Source of the DNA: Candidatus Woesearchaeota archaeon UBA525
Lineage (GTDB): Archaea > Nanobdellota > Nanobdellia > Woesearchaeales > UBA525
Assembly: GCA_002498125.1 (NCBI GenBank)
Contig: DAGG01000027.1
Span: 35,862 to 99,861, forward strand
Direction: 5' to 3'
DNA length: 64,000 bases
Made by a program: the position numbers and the translations under genes. This document shows, piece by piece, positions 28,785 through 37,943 of the stretch. Below the pieces are notes generated by a model. It was given only the letters and a program-made list of their open reading frames with translations. It did no database searches and had not been told where the DNA came from. How positions within the stretch are numbered: position 1 is the stretch's first letter; every line of letters begins with the position of its first letter.

Positions 28785-31119
28785 GGACGCCCTCCGGGTC
28801 GCTGCCGTGGCGCAGGATGTATGCCTTGTGCTCAAGGATCTTGCTCTCGTACGTTGCGACCAGGAGCTCTGCCTTGGCGGCGACCTGCGGGTTAACCCTC
28901 GCGCCGTGGCGGATGAGGCGCATGGCGAGGTGGTACCTGCTCACGTTGTTGCGGATGAACATGTCGAATGGCGTCGTGGTCGTTCCCTTCTCTATGTAGC
29001 CGTATACGTGGAACCGATCGTTCCTCGGCCTGTCGAAGAGTATCTGCTTCACCGCGCCCGGATAGCCGTGGAATGTGAACACGACCTTGCGGTCCAGCGG
29101 GAAGAGCATGTTGAATGTCGCCTCGTCCATCGCGTTCGGGTAGAACGGGTTTACGCCCAGGCTATTGAGCTCGCTCACGTTCACGAACTGCACGCGCAGC
29201 TCAGGCACCTGGTGGCGGAGCATCATGATTGTCGCGAGCGCCTCCTGCGTCGCGTAGTCCCCGCATGCAGCGAGTACCACGTCAGGATTCTGCGCACTGG
29301 CGAAGTCCCAAACGGCTGCACCAGTGAGGCACTGCTCGACTGCCTGCTCATACGTCCGCCACTGGCGAATGAGCTGCTTATCGGCGACGATGACATTCAC
29401 GCGGTTCGTGCTGCGCAGGCTATGGTCCATCATCGCGAGCGCCATGTTCGCGTCAGCGGGGAAGTACAGCCTGATGTTGTGCTCCTCACGCGCCTTGTTC
29501 AGCAGCGTGCTGACGAAGCCGGGGTTCTGGTGGCTGAAACCATTATGGTCCTGTCGCCAGCAAACGCTCGTGAGGATGTAGTTCAAGCTCGGCACTGGGG
29601 TGCGCCACTTGCGCTGCTCCGAGAGCTCGATGAACTTGATGTACTGGCTCACCATGCTATCCACGATGGGCAAGAACGCCTCGTAGCTCGGGAATATGCC
29701 GTGGCGACCAGTGAGGTTGTACCCCTGGAACCAGGACTGGAGCGTGTGCTCGCTGAGCATCTCCATGACGCGGCCGGTCTGGCCAATCTTCGCGTCCTTG
29801 GCATCCTCTGTCGGCCACACGTAGACCTTGTCAGTGATGTCCAGAACAGCGTCGAGCTTGTTGCTCGCGAGTTCGTCAGGGCTGAATATCCTGAAGTTGT
29901 GCTTGTCGGCGTTCAGGATGAGGACGTGCTTGAGGTACTGGCCGATGGTCGGTGTGCTCGCGCCGTGGACGCTACCGGGGCGGTCGAGCTTTATCTCAAG
30001 GCGGTGCGGGTCAGGCAGCGTGAGCGGGATGCGCATGTTGCCGCCCAGCGCGTTCGGGTTGCTGCCGATGCGCAGGTCACCCATCGGGACGTAATCGAGG
30101 AGGTCGGCAGGGATTTTTCCACCTGGGAAGATGTCATGCGGCTTGTAGCTCTTCAGCCATTTCTCCACCTCCTTGAGCGACTCATGGTTTGTCTGGCAGT
30201 CCTTGGCCGGCACCTGGTGGCTGCGGAAGCTGCCTTCGACCTTGTGCCCCTCGTGCATCTTGACACCAGTCCATCCTTTTGGCGTGCGCAAGAGAATCAC
30301 CGGCCACTTCGGGCGCGCGATTGGTTTGCCGCTGCGTGCGGTGTTCTGGATGCGCTTGATGCGCTGGTAGGCATTCTCTATCGCCTCGCCCATCTCCTTG
30401 TGGTCCGGGCCGACGAACAATGGCTCATAGCCGTAACCGATGAAGAGGCTCTTCAGCTCCGCATCGCTCATTGTCCCGTACACTGTCGGGTTGCTGATCT
30501 TGAATCCGTTGATGTGGACGATAGGCAGCACCGCGCCGTCAATCTTCGGGTTGAGCCATTTGGTGCTATGCCACGCTGTGGCTGTTGGTCCTGTCTCTGC
30601 TTCACCGTCACCGACGATGCATGCTGCGATGAGATCAGGATTGTCGAGCACTGCGCCAAAAGCCGTGCCGAGCGAGTAGCCGAGCTCGCCGCCTTCGTGG
30701 ATGCAGCCCGGGACGCCGGGGTTGAGGTGGCTCGGGAACCCTTCTGGCCAGCAGAACATCTTGATGAGATTGCCCATGCCTGCTTTGTCGTGCGTGAGCT
30801 GTGAATAGTAGGGCTGTAGGCTGCCTTCGAGGAAGTTGTTCGCGAGGATCGCAGCGAAGCCGTGGCCTGGTCCTGTGAGGAGGAGCACAGGCTGCTCATG
30901 CTTCACGATCATGATGTTCAGGTGGGTGTAGATGAAGTTGATGCCTGGGCACGTGCCCCAGTGGCCGAGGAGGGAATCTTTGATATGGCTTGGCTTGAGC
31001 GGCTCTTCAACGAGGAAGTTGTCCTTCAGGTAGATGCTCGCCGCTGCGAGATAATTGGCCGCTGTCCAGTACTTCTGTGCCCAATCGAGCTCCTGCTTAG
31101 AGAGAACCAATCCCCTCAC
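28765..31119 (-). CDS. xfp: xylulose-5-P/fructose-6-P phosphoketolase
   Basis: GHWGTCPG signature; 784 aa; collinear with known Xfp. Confidence 0.9.
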   Translation of the reverse strand: MRGLVLSKQELDWAQKYWTAANYLAAASIYLKDNFLVEEPLKPSHIKDSLLGHWGTCPGINFIYTHLNIMIVKHEQPVLLLTGPGHGFAAILANNFLEGSLQPYYSQLTHDKAGMGNLIKMFCWPEGFPSHLNPGVPGCIHEGGELGYSLGTAFGAVLDNPDLIAACIVGDGEAETGPTATAWHSTKWLNPKIDGAVLPIVHINGFKISNPTVYGTMSDAELKSLFIGYGYEPLFVGPDHKEMGEAIENAYQRIKRIQNTARSGKPIARPKWPVILLRTPKGWTGVKMHEGHKVEGSFRSHQVPAKDCQTNHESLKEVEKWLKSYKPHDIFPGGKIPADLLDYVPMGDLRIGSNPNALGGNMRIPLTLPDPHRLEIKLDRPGSVHGASTPTIGQYLKHVLILNADKHNFRIFSPDELASNKLDAVLDITDKVYVWPTEDAKDAKIGQTGRVMEMLSEHTLQSWFQGYNLTGRHGIFPSYEAFLPIVDSMVSQYIKFIELSEQRKWRTPVPSLNYILTSVCWRQDHNGFSHQNPGFVSTLLNKAREEHNIRLYFPADANMALAMMDHSLRSTNRVNVIVADKQLIRQWRTYEQAVEQCLTGAAVWDFASAQNPDVVLAACGDYATQEALATIMMLRHQVPELRVQFVNVSELNSLGVNPFYPNAMDEATFNMLFPLDRKVVFTFHGYPGAVKQILFDRPRNDRFHVYGYIEKGTTTTPFDMFIRNNVSRYHLAMRLIRHGARVNPQVAAKAELLVATYESKILEHKAYILRHGSDPEGVHGWKWH

Positions 31120-31225
31120 CTCACGTCACAAACCCGTGGAGGGCGCTTATAAACCTTTTTGTTACCTGGGAGATACTAAGGAAGAAGGGAAGAGGAACAG
31201 ACATCAGCGTCGCCTTGGCTCCAAT

Positions 31226-31276
31226 CCGAGGGCGAGCGACGAAACGCGAAGTCGTTTCGACAGTGCTCGCCCGAGA
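31226..31276 (+). other. long perfect-stem hairpin in the xfp/dph6 divergent intergenic region
   Basis: GGGCGAGC...GCTCGCCC 8-bp outer stem, with an inner GACGAAACG/CGTTTCGAC stem. Confidence 0.3.
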
Positions 31277-31331
31277 CAAGCCACGCAGATGGCCGCGACG
31301 CAAGTATGAAAAAGAGGAAGTGAACACTAGT

Positions 31332-32000
31332 ATGATGCGAATCGGAATACTCTTCAGCAGCGGCAAGGACAGCACAACAGTACTATGGAAAGCCAAGGAG
31401 CATTACGAAGTCGTCTGCCTCATGTCTATACTCCCCGACAACCCTGATTCATACATGTTCCAAAAGCCACTGAAGGAACTGCTCGAACGGCAAGCAGCAT
31501 CCCTGCACCTGCCCCTAATCACGCAGCACACCGCTGGCGAGAAAGAGGATGAACTCGCAGAGCTGATACTCCTGCTGCGGCGGGCGAAGGAAGAGCACGG
31601 CATCGAGGCAGTAGGTGTCGGCGCGATAGCATCAAGTTACCAGAACGATCGCGTGAAGGCCATCTGTGATGATTTAGGGCTTGAGGTCTACGCTCCGCTG
31701 TGGAATGCTGATCCTCAGAAGCACATACGCGAGCTTCTCGCCGCGGGCTTCGACATCCGCATGACGCGCATCGCAGCAGACGGCCTCACTGCCGAGTGGC
31801 TCGGCCGGCGCCTGACGCCGGATGACGTGGACCGGCTCGTGCAGCTGCACGAGAAACTAGGACTCAGCGTCGCGGGCGAAGGCGGAGAGTTCGAGACCAT
31901 AGTCCTCGACGGCCCCATCTTCTCTGAGCCGATTAGCATAGAGTACGAAGTCAAGATGGAATCAGAGAACAGGGGAGAGCTTACTCTAGTCGTCAGGTGA
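31332..32000 (+). CDS. dph6: diphthine-ammonia ligase (Dph6-like PP-loop ATPase, MJ0570 family)
   Basis: MRIGILFSSGKDS PP-loop and EGGEFET motif. Confidence 0.7.
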   Translation: MMRIGILFSSGKDSTTVLWKAKEHYEVVCLMSILPDNPDSYMFQKPLKELLERQAASLHLPLITQHTAGEKEDELAELILLLRRAKEEHGIEAVGVGAIASSYQNDRVKAICDDLGLEVYAPLWNADPQKHIRELLAAGFDIRMTRIAADGLTAEWLGRRLTPDDVDRLVQLHEKLGLSVAGEGGEFETIVLDGPIFSEPISIEYEVKMESENRGELTLVVR

Positions 32001-32486
32001 TATGCGCTCCAGCGGCGGCAACTCGTAGCGTGGCGCGCCGAAGTGCTGGACGAAGAGCTCTGCATCCACTATCTCTTTCGCAGTCAGGTGATGCAGGTGC
32101 AGCGGAAGGTCGGCATCGCCATAGCTTTTCGTTATACGCAAGAAACCGTTCTCAGGAGTCCACAACCCGTCGGATGAGAGGGAGAACTCCACATCTCCGG
32201 CATACAGAGTCAATCCTAGGAATTTCTCGACGGAGAGCCGCACGATGTCCTCAGGATGCACAGACCTGCCGCGGTAGGAGATGCCCGGGGGTGCGACATC
32301 ATATGCCAGGATGGCAGTGAACGGCCTATAGGCGTCGATAGCATCGGAGAAGCGTGCGATCGTATCGATATGAGACGCAGTGCTCTTGCCAGAATCCACG
32401 CTCCATCGCGCCCACGGCCTGCTACCATAACCCCACTCCACGGCATGAGGATACTGGCGAGCATACTTAAGCTTGACGCAATGCAT
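31986..32486 (-). CDS. hypothetical protein
   Basis: 166 aa ORF. Confidence 0.3.
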   Translation of the reverse strand: MHCVKLKYARQYPHAVEWGYGSRPWARWSVDSGKSTASHIDTIARFSDAIDAYRPFTAILAYDVAPPGISYRGRSVHPEDIVRLSVEKFLGLTLYAGDVEFSLSSDGLWTPENGFLRITKSYGDADLPLHLHHLTAKEIVDAELFVQHFGAPRYELPPLERISPDD

Positions 32487-32514
32487 TTAAGGAAGCCTTC
32501 CTCTTGAAAAGGGA

Positions 32515-32763
32515 ATGACTGAGCGCAGATCCACGGGCGGAAGGAAAGAATTCTCGTACACAGAGGAGGACCTCGAGCGCATCCGCAACACCGATACTCC
32601 CCCAACAAAGGAGTTCAAAGAGGAGTACCGTAAGTGGCAGGAGCGCCGCATCGTCGAGCGTGACGTTGAACGCAAGCTCCGCCTGCGACAGCGTAACATG
32701 ATGATACTCCTCGCATTGCTCTTCGGCATGCTTTTCGTCCTCCTCACCATAAGAGTCCTGTAG
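32515..32763 (+). CDS. small protein with C-terminal TM
   Basis: Charged N-terminus and hydrophobic C-terminus. Confidence 0.35.
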   Translation: MTERRSTGGRKEFSYTEEDLERIRNTDTPPTKEFKEEYRKWQERRIVERDVERKLRLRQRNMMILLALLFGMLFVLLTIRVL

Positions 32764-32798
32764 AAAGGTTTTTCAAGGAGTCGCGGTTCGCGTGACCC

Positions 32799-33656
32799 AT
32801 GGGTGGTAAGTGGGCGGCAGCGTTAGCGTTCTCTCTCTTAGCATGCTCCGGGCCTACGCCGGTGCAGACAGCGCAGATACCAGAACCTACACCGATTAAG
32901 AGGGTCTCCCGTCAGGAGCATGAGCGCATGCTCGCCCAGCAGTGCATGGGCGGTTACGAAGCGGTGCGCGCATACCTGCCATCACAAGGACGGTCTGATG
33001 ATCTCACGATGATAGCGGCGAACGCAGGCCCAACGAGCCAGGTACAGATGAATCCGATACTCCTCGAGAAGACGCTCAGCGAAAACGATGAGCTGAGCAT
33101 GGACCACTGCCATCCTGGCTTCGAACGCATGCCAATGTTCGCGAACGGCGAACTCGAGCGTCGCGTGGGAGCGGCAGCAGCGCAAGAAGGCATGCCTACT
33201 GAGCAGCTCCTGCAGCTGTACAAGACACGCTTCGCATGGAACGACCGCACACCCTCGTACGACGATGTCGGGACTGCGGTCGGACAGGCCATCTGGTTCT
33301 ACACCCGTCATCCGCAGGGGAGCATCGGCTTTCGCGTCGTGACGGGTGAACCGCAGGATCCGTACGTGACTGAGATTAAGTTCTCGCCTGCGCTCGAGGC
33401 GCGCATCCGCCATGCCGCGCGCGACTACTCATCGATGCCTGAGAGCGCGGAGAAAGCGAGGCTCGAGATTGCGCGCAACAACGAGATCAATGCCCTGATG
33501 GATGGTGCCATCCAAGGATACGGGCGACTGCAAAACGAGTTCCTCCGCAAGCCTGACCGCTTCCTCGATAATGCCGACGGCATCGTGAAGCAGTGGAATG
33601 ACTATCTCGTCGAGAAGGAATCGGACATCACGCTAGGCTACAATCAATCGCGTTGA
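32799..33656 (+). CDS. lipoprotein, hypothetical
   Basis: Lipobox LLAC. Confidence 0.45.
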   Translation: MGGKWAAALAFSLLACSGPTPVQTAQIPEPTPIKRVSRQEHERMLAQQCMGGYEAVRAYLPSQGRSDDLTMIAANAGPTSQVQMNPILLEKTLSENDELSMDHCHPGFERMPMFANGELERRVGAAAAQEGMPTEQLLQLYKTRFAWNDRTPSYDDVGTAVGQAIWFYTRHPQGSIGFRVVTGEPQDPYVTEIKFSPALEARIRHAARDYSSMPESAEKARLEIARNNEINALMDGAIQGYGRLQNEFLRKPDRFLDNADGIVKQWNDYLVEKESDITLGYNQSR

Positions 33657-33767
33657 GAACTGATTGCGTCTAACTTCTCAGGCAGCTCGCGCAGTGAATG
33701 GATGAGATCCGTGCACTACTCGTTCTGCGTGATGAACATCCGGCAGACCTTGAGGAATATGCCCTCC

Positions 33768-34739
33768 CTACGTATCCCGCCCCTCGATGATGGCGCGCGG
33801 CAAGGATGTGATGAAATGTTCAGTGTAACCGACGAACACCTCGTAGTTCCTGACGTCCGGCGAGAGTACGGCTTTGAACTCCTTGAAGATGCGGTGGAAC
33901 TCAGAAGTGCTTCCCACGGCGATGTACGCGAGGATGTCCCATGTGCCAACAGTTTTGACGCAGCGAGCGACGGCGGGCGTGGTCCTCACGAACTCAAGCA
34001 CCCGTTGCTGGTAGCGCTCGTCGAACTGCTTCATCTGGACCGCGATCGTGTACCACTGCCGACCCATGCGCTGCGGATCGGTGATGATGGTGAAGCGCTT
34101 GATGATACCGGTTTCCTTGAGGCGCTTGATGCGTTTGATGACCGCGTCAGGACCGATCTCGATACGCTTCGCTATATCGACAGCGCTCGTTCTCGCATCA
34201 TCAGCGAGGAGGCGCAGTATGGCGAGGTCTGTCGCATCGAAGGACTTCACGGCAGAGGACCGCGCCTTGCCCCACCTCACGACCACGAGCGTGTCCCGCT
34301 CCGAGATAATGTCGGAGTACTTGGTGGATATGCGCATGAGGATCGTGTCGAGCTCCTCGAGGTCCTTGGCCAGCAACCTCCACTGCACGTCCCATTTATC
34401 ATTGTACTCGAGCAGCGCCTCGGTGTTCGGGTGCTGGCGCAGCTCCTGCATGAGCTCCCGCTGCCGTTGCAGGCTCACTTCGTCGAGGACCATGAAGACC
34501 TTGCAGACGAAGTAGCCGAAGACACTCCTGTCAATCTCAGCGTAGTGCTTCCTGATGACGCGGAGCTGCTCCATGCGGCGCACCCTATAGGTGACTGTGT
34601 CCCTGTTCATCCCCACTCGTTTGGAGAGGCCAGATACCGGCATCCTCGAGTCCTCCCGCAGGAGGGCGAGGAGCTTCATGTCCTTCACATCTAGTTTCAC
34701 CGGCAGGTCTCCGTCGGGATGCGCAGCGCTTTTAGGCAT
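33768..34739 (-). CDS. tandem (duplicated) Lrp/AsnC-family transcriptional regulator
   Basis: Two complete HTH+RAM units (LLALLREDSRMPVSGLSKRVGM... and LAILRLLADDARTSAVDIAKRIEI...). Confidence 0.7.
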   Translation of the reverse strand: MPKSAAHPDGDLPVKLDVKDMKLLALLREDSRMPVSGLSKRVGMNRDTVTYRVRRMEQLRVIRKHYAEIDRSVFGYFVCKVFMVLDEVSLQRQRELMQELRQHPNTEALLEYNDKWDVQWRLLAKDLEELDTILMRISTKYSDIISERDTLVVVRWGKARSSAVKSFDATDLAILRLLADDARTSAVDIAKRIEIGPDAVIKRIKRLKETGIIKRFTIITDPQRMGRQWYTIAVQMKQFDERYQQRVLEFVRTTPAVARCVKTVGTWDILAYIAVGSTSEFHRIFKEFKAVLSPDVRNYEVFVGYTEHFITSLPRAIIEGRDT

Positions 34740-34953
34740 TGATGCACACTAACCGCCTCAATTATATAAAATTATCTGGAAATACGAATAATACAGTTGA
34801 ATATTTCTTATATCTCAACACCATCACCTGAATCAAGCGGAGCAAAGGAGACGCAGAAGGCGTCTGCCCGACGCCAAAAACCGCTAATAGTACAGTAACT
34901 ACTACGAGAGAGTGACATAAGGGAATATTTTTAAATCGAAGGGATACCCCCAG

Positions 34954-35619
34954 GTGAACGACATGACCTACATGAACAGGTTGAAGGAACGCGCGAAGCA
35001 GCTCGCGAACAACGTCCGTCAGAAGGTAGAGGATGAAGGCGGCCTCGGCAACATCGTCGAGAAAACCACCCTCGAACTCAGCGAGAAGGCAGGAAAAGCT
35101 GCCGGACACGTGGCCAAAGCGATAGACGGAGCAATCAACTACGAAGGAGACAGCCTCAACCCGAAGGATATCTACAACGCAGGCACTGTCGACGTAGGTG
35201 CGACCGCGCAGAAGGCACGCGAGTTCGCAGGCAAAGGCGTAACACACACACGTACAGCCGCAGCGACGATAACTGATAAGGTCAAGACAGCAGCAGAGGA
35301 CGCGAAACACTACGCATCGGAGGTCAACGGAGCGATCAACGACATCGCGACAGGGCCAGATCACGTCGTGGGCATCGGCAACCGCTTCTACTGGGTCCGC
35401 TCGCACAGCAAGCTCGAGATCGGACAGGTGAAGCAGTACCTGACGACAATCTCCGCAGCCATCCCGCCGGCGACGACGGGCAGGCAGGAGGTCCTCACCT
35501 TCATCGCCGACAACGCAATCAGCACCGAAGGCAGGCTCTACGATCTCTGGGAGAAGCAGAAGATGCCAGAGCTGAAGGCGCTGACCTATATCGCGAATGC
35601 GCGCAACACTCATACATAG
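34954..35619 (+). CDS. hypothetical protein (operon gene 1)
   Basis: GTG/ATG start downstream of a TATA-like ATATTTTTAAAT; no motif. Confidence 0.45.
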   Translation: MNDMTYMNRLKERAKQLANNVRQKVEDEGGLGNIVEKTTLELSEKAGKAAGHVAKAIDGAINYEGDSLNPKDIYNAGTVDVGATAQKAREFAGKGVTHTRTAAATITDKVKTAAEDAKHYASEVNGAINDIATGPDHVVGIGNRFYWVRSHSKLEIGQVKQYLTTISAAIPPATTGRQEVLTFIADNAISTEGRLYDLWEKQKMPELKALTYIANARNTHT

Positions 35620-35645
35620 TACTAGGATACTAGGAGGAAACAACA

Positions 35646-36755
35646 ATGGCAGAACTCAAAATTCAGAAGGAGATGTCCAAGCTAGAGACGCTCCGCGCGC
35701 AGCGCAAGCGCGACCTCTCAGGGGTCTACAGTGGCCTCGACCAGAGGACCAACGACCTGCTCGGCGCACGCAACAAGGAGCAGGCACGCACCACGGCCCA
35801 GAGTCATCGCGCGAAGCTGGATGAAGGACTGAGCCACTTCCAGAGCTACAGGCAGGACATCGCGACGCTGAGCGCAGGGCTCCAGGAGAACCTCGAGCTC
35901 TACGTTGAGTTTGCGAACAAGTTCGAGAACTACCAGGGCAAAGAGAAGGTCGTGAAGGTCATCGGTATGAAGGGCCTCGCGAACAAGTGGCGCCACCAGC
36001 GCATCTCCACACAATCGCCCAAGGAGAACCTGCAGCAGATCGTCGACTACGGCATGCAGCTCGTCCGCGAGCTTGAGGATGTCCGCGAGGAGGCTATCAA
36101 CCAGTACGAGAGCCTGCAGGGCAGCGTCGACATGATCACTGTGAAGCTTAAGGATTACCAGCCACTCGAGGCAGAGCTCAAGGAGCGCCTCGATGCGATG
36201 AAGGCAATCTACGACGAGAAGAACGGGAAGTTCAAGAACGCTTCACCGACGGAGCAAGTCACTCTCGCAGACGAGATGAACAACCTGCACAAGCAGTTGA
36301 CCACAATCCAGGACGAGTACGACACCGCCCTGACTGTGTACAGCCAGGCGCAGCAGGCGCTCCAGAGCAACATCGAGTCGCGCGACGCGTTCGACCAGAT
36401 GCAGCGCGACCTCGGACGCCAGGCGAACATGATCCAGGAGAAGCTGGAGAACGTCGTCAAGATCTACGAGGCAGCACCCGAAGCGCTGAAGGTGATGATG
36501 AAGACGAAGGGCACGGAGACGCTCGACAAGAGCATCAACTACGCCACAAGTGAGTCCGTGAGGACCATCATCAAGGCAGCCAGCGGAGTCAACGACGCCA
36601 CCCTCGCACGCGAGGAGATCCAGCTCGTTGACGCTGCTGTAGTGCGTGAGTTCATGGACGAGACCACGCGCCGCAAGAATGACTTCGAGGCCCGCTATCT
36701 AGGCATCCGCGAGAAGGCACTGGAGAGCCAGGCCGAGCGCTACGCCGCGAAGTGA
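35646..36755 (+). CDS. long coiled-coil protein (operon gene 2)
   Basis: SD ggagg upstream; 369 aa, heptad-rich throughout. Confidence 0.5.
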   Translation: MAELKIQKEMSKLETLRAQRKRDLSGVYSGLDQRTNDLLGARNKEQARTTAQSHRAKLDEGLSHFQSYRQDIATLSAGLQENLELYVEFANKFENYQGKEKVVKVIGMKGLANKWRHQRISTQSPKENLQQIVDYGMQLVRELEDVREEAINQYESLQGSVDMITVKLKDYQPLEAELKERLDAMKAIYDEKNGKFKNASPTEQVTLADEMNNLHKQLTTIQDEYDTALTVYSQAQQALQSNIESRDAFDQMQRDLGRQANMIQEKLENVVKIYEAAPEALKVMMKTKGTETLDKSINYATSESVRTIIKAASGVNDATLAREEIQLVDAAVVREFMDETTRRKNDFEARYLGIREKALESQAERYAAK

Positions 36756-36780
36756 GCATCCTATTTTTTTCCTTTCCATC
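36756..36780 (+). terminator. T-rich stretch (possible intra-operon attenuator/terminator)
   Basis: CTATTTTTTTCCTTTCC after the stop. Confidence 0.3.
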
Positions 36781-36806
36781 AATGTTAGATAGAAGAATGT
36801 GGGAAC

Positions 36807-37943
36807 ATGAAAGAACGCATGAGAATCAAAGATAGGCCATACCTCGCCTTCGTTGTGCCTAAACCGCAGGTGACATCGCAGGACGACGGCAAGACGCTCT
36901 CTCCTGATGAAACGCTCGAGCACCTGGAGATGATTCTACGGCCGCTGCGCATGCTCCCAAGGTTCGTGTATGAGAAACTGCCGCAGGACGGCGGCGAGAA
37001 CACCCCGCTGCGCGAGTACATGATCCGTGTGGCGGACACCATCGAGGCCATCGGCATGAAGACACGCATGGAGCTGGAGCTGCCGCGCGACACGCACTTC
37101 CCGTGCATGATTGACCCGTCGGCATCAGGCTATCCGCTCTTCGCGCGCGACCTGCGCATGATGGTCACGGACAAGAACCAGGCAGTGGAGCGCCTCTCCG
37201 CGATGCGCACCGACAGCATCCTGGTAGAGGACGCGATCCATGCAATCATGCGCGGCAAGTTCCCTGCGGATGCAGTGTATGAGAAGCTTAGACGGGAGTA
37301 CTTCGGCCATCTGCAGGAACTCGCGATGCCCGAGCCGGTCAGGCTCCACGCCCCGACCTTCGTGAAAGAACAGGGCGCGTTCAGCCACTGGACAATGTCG
37401 GCGGAAAGGCTCGACGACCACCATAACATCCCGCGATTCTACACGCTCAGCTACAAGATACCGAACCGCTCCGTGAACAACCCGGCGGTGCACAGCGCGT
37501 TCAATGAGCGCGTCGAACGATCCTTCACCGTATCCACGGACCTCGAACTGCAACTCATGGCAGGCGAAGTAGAGAGCATCGAAGGCATCCAGCTGCAGGC
37601 GATTGAGCGCTACGACCTCGGCCCGCTATTCAACAGGTTCACTAACAACAGCCCTGAGGTACAGCGCCTCCTCGACGCAGGACGCAAGGACGACACCATC
37701 ATGGTGTACAAGAAGCAGACAGTGCATCGCAGGGGAGAGACCCCGAAACAGGGCCTCATGGATCGCCTGAACGCATTCCTCAGCGGCGACCACAGCGATG
37801 GTATATTCAGCCCTGTCGTGTCATCACCATACTACGCACTCATGCCGCGCCGCCTCATAGAGAAGGTGCACCATCTCGACATAGACCTCGGTCAGAATGT
37901 CAGAATGTACGGAATAACAAGCACAGGTGATCTCGTTGACTGA
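36807..37943 (+). CDS. hypothetical protein (operon gene 3)
   Basis: 378 aa; no motif. Confidence 0.45.
   Translation: MKERMRIKDRPYLAFVVPKPQVTSQDDGKTLSPDETLEHLEMILRPLRMLPRFVYEKLPQDGGENTPLREYMIRVADTIEAIGMKTRMELELPRDTHFPCMIDPSASGYPLFARDLRMMVTDKNQAVERLSAMRTDSILVEDAIHAIMRGKFPADAVYEKLRREYFGHLQELAMPEPVRLHAPTFVKEQGAFSHWTMSAERLDDHHNIPRFYTLSYKIPNRSVNNPAVHSAFNERVERSFTVSTDLELQLMAGEVESIEGIQLQAIERYDLGPLFNRFTNNSPEVQRLLDAGRKDDTIMVYKKQTVHRRGETPKQGLMDRLNAFLSGDHSDGIFSPVVSSPYYALMPRRLIEKVHHLDIDLGQNVRMYGITSTGDLVD

Noticed and set aside
28753-30804. 683-aa plus-strand ORF
   Set aside because: Antisense to phosphoketolase; Arg/Leu/Val-rich with no motifs. Typical high-GC antisense artefact.
33702-34694. 330-aa plus-strand ORF
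   Set aside because: Antisense to the tandem Lrp regulator, whose HTH motifs are clear.
34762-35646. 294-aa minus-strand ORF
   Set aside because: Antisense to operon gene 1 and would break the otherwise co-directional, overlapping operon; Cys/Arg/Val-rich.
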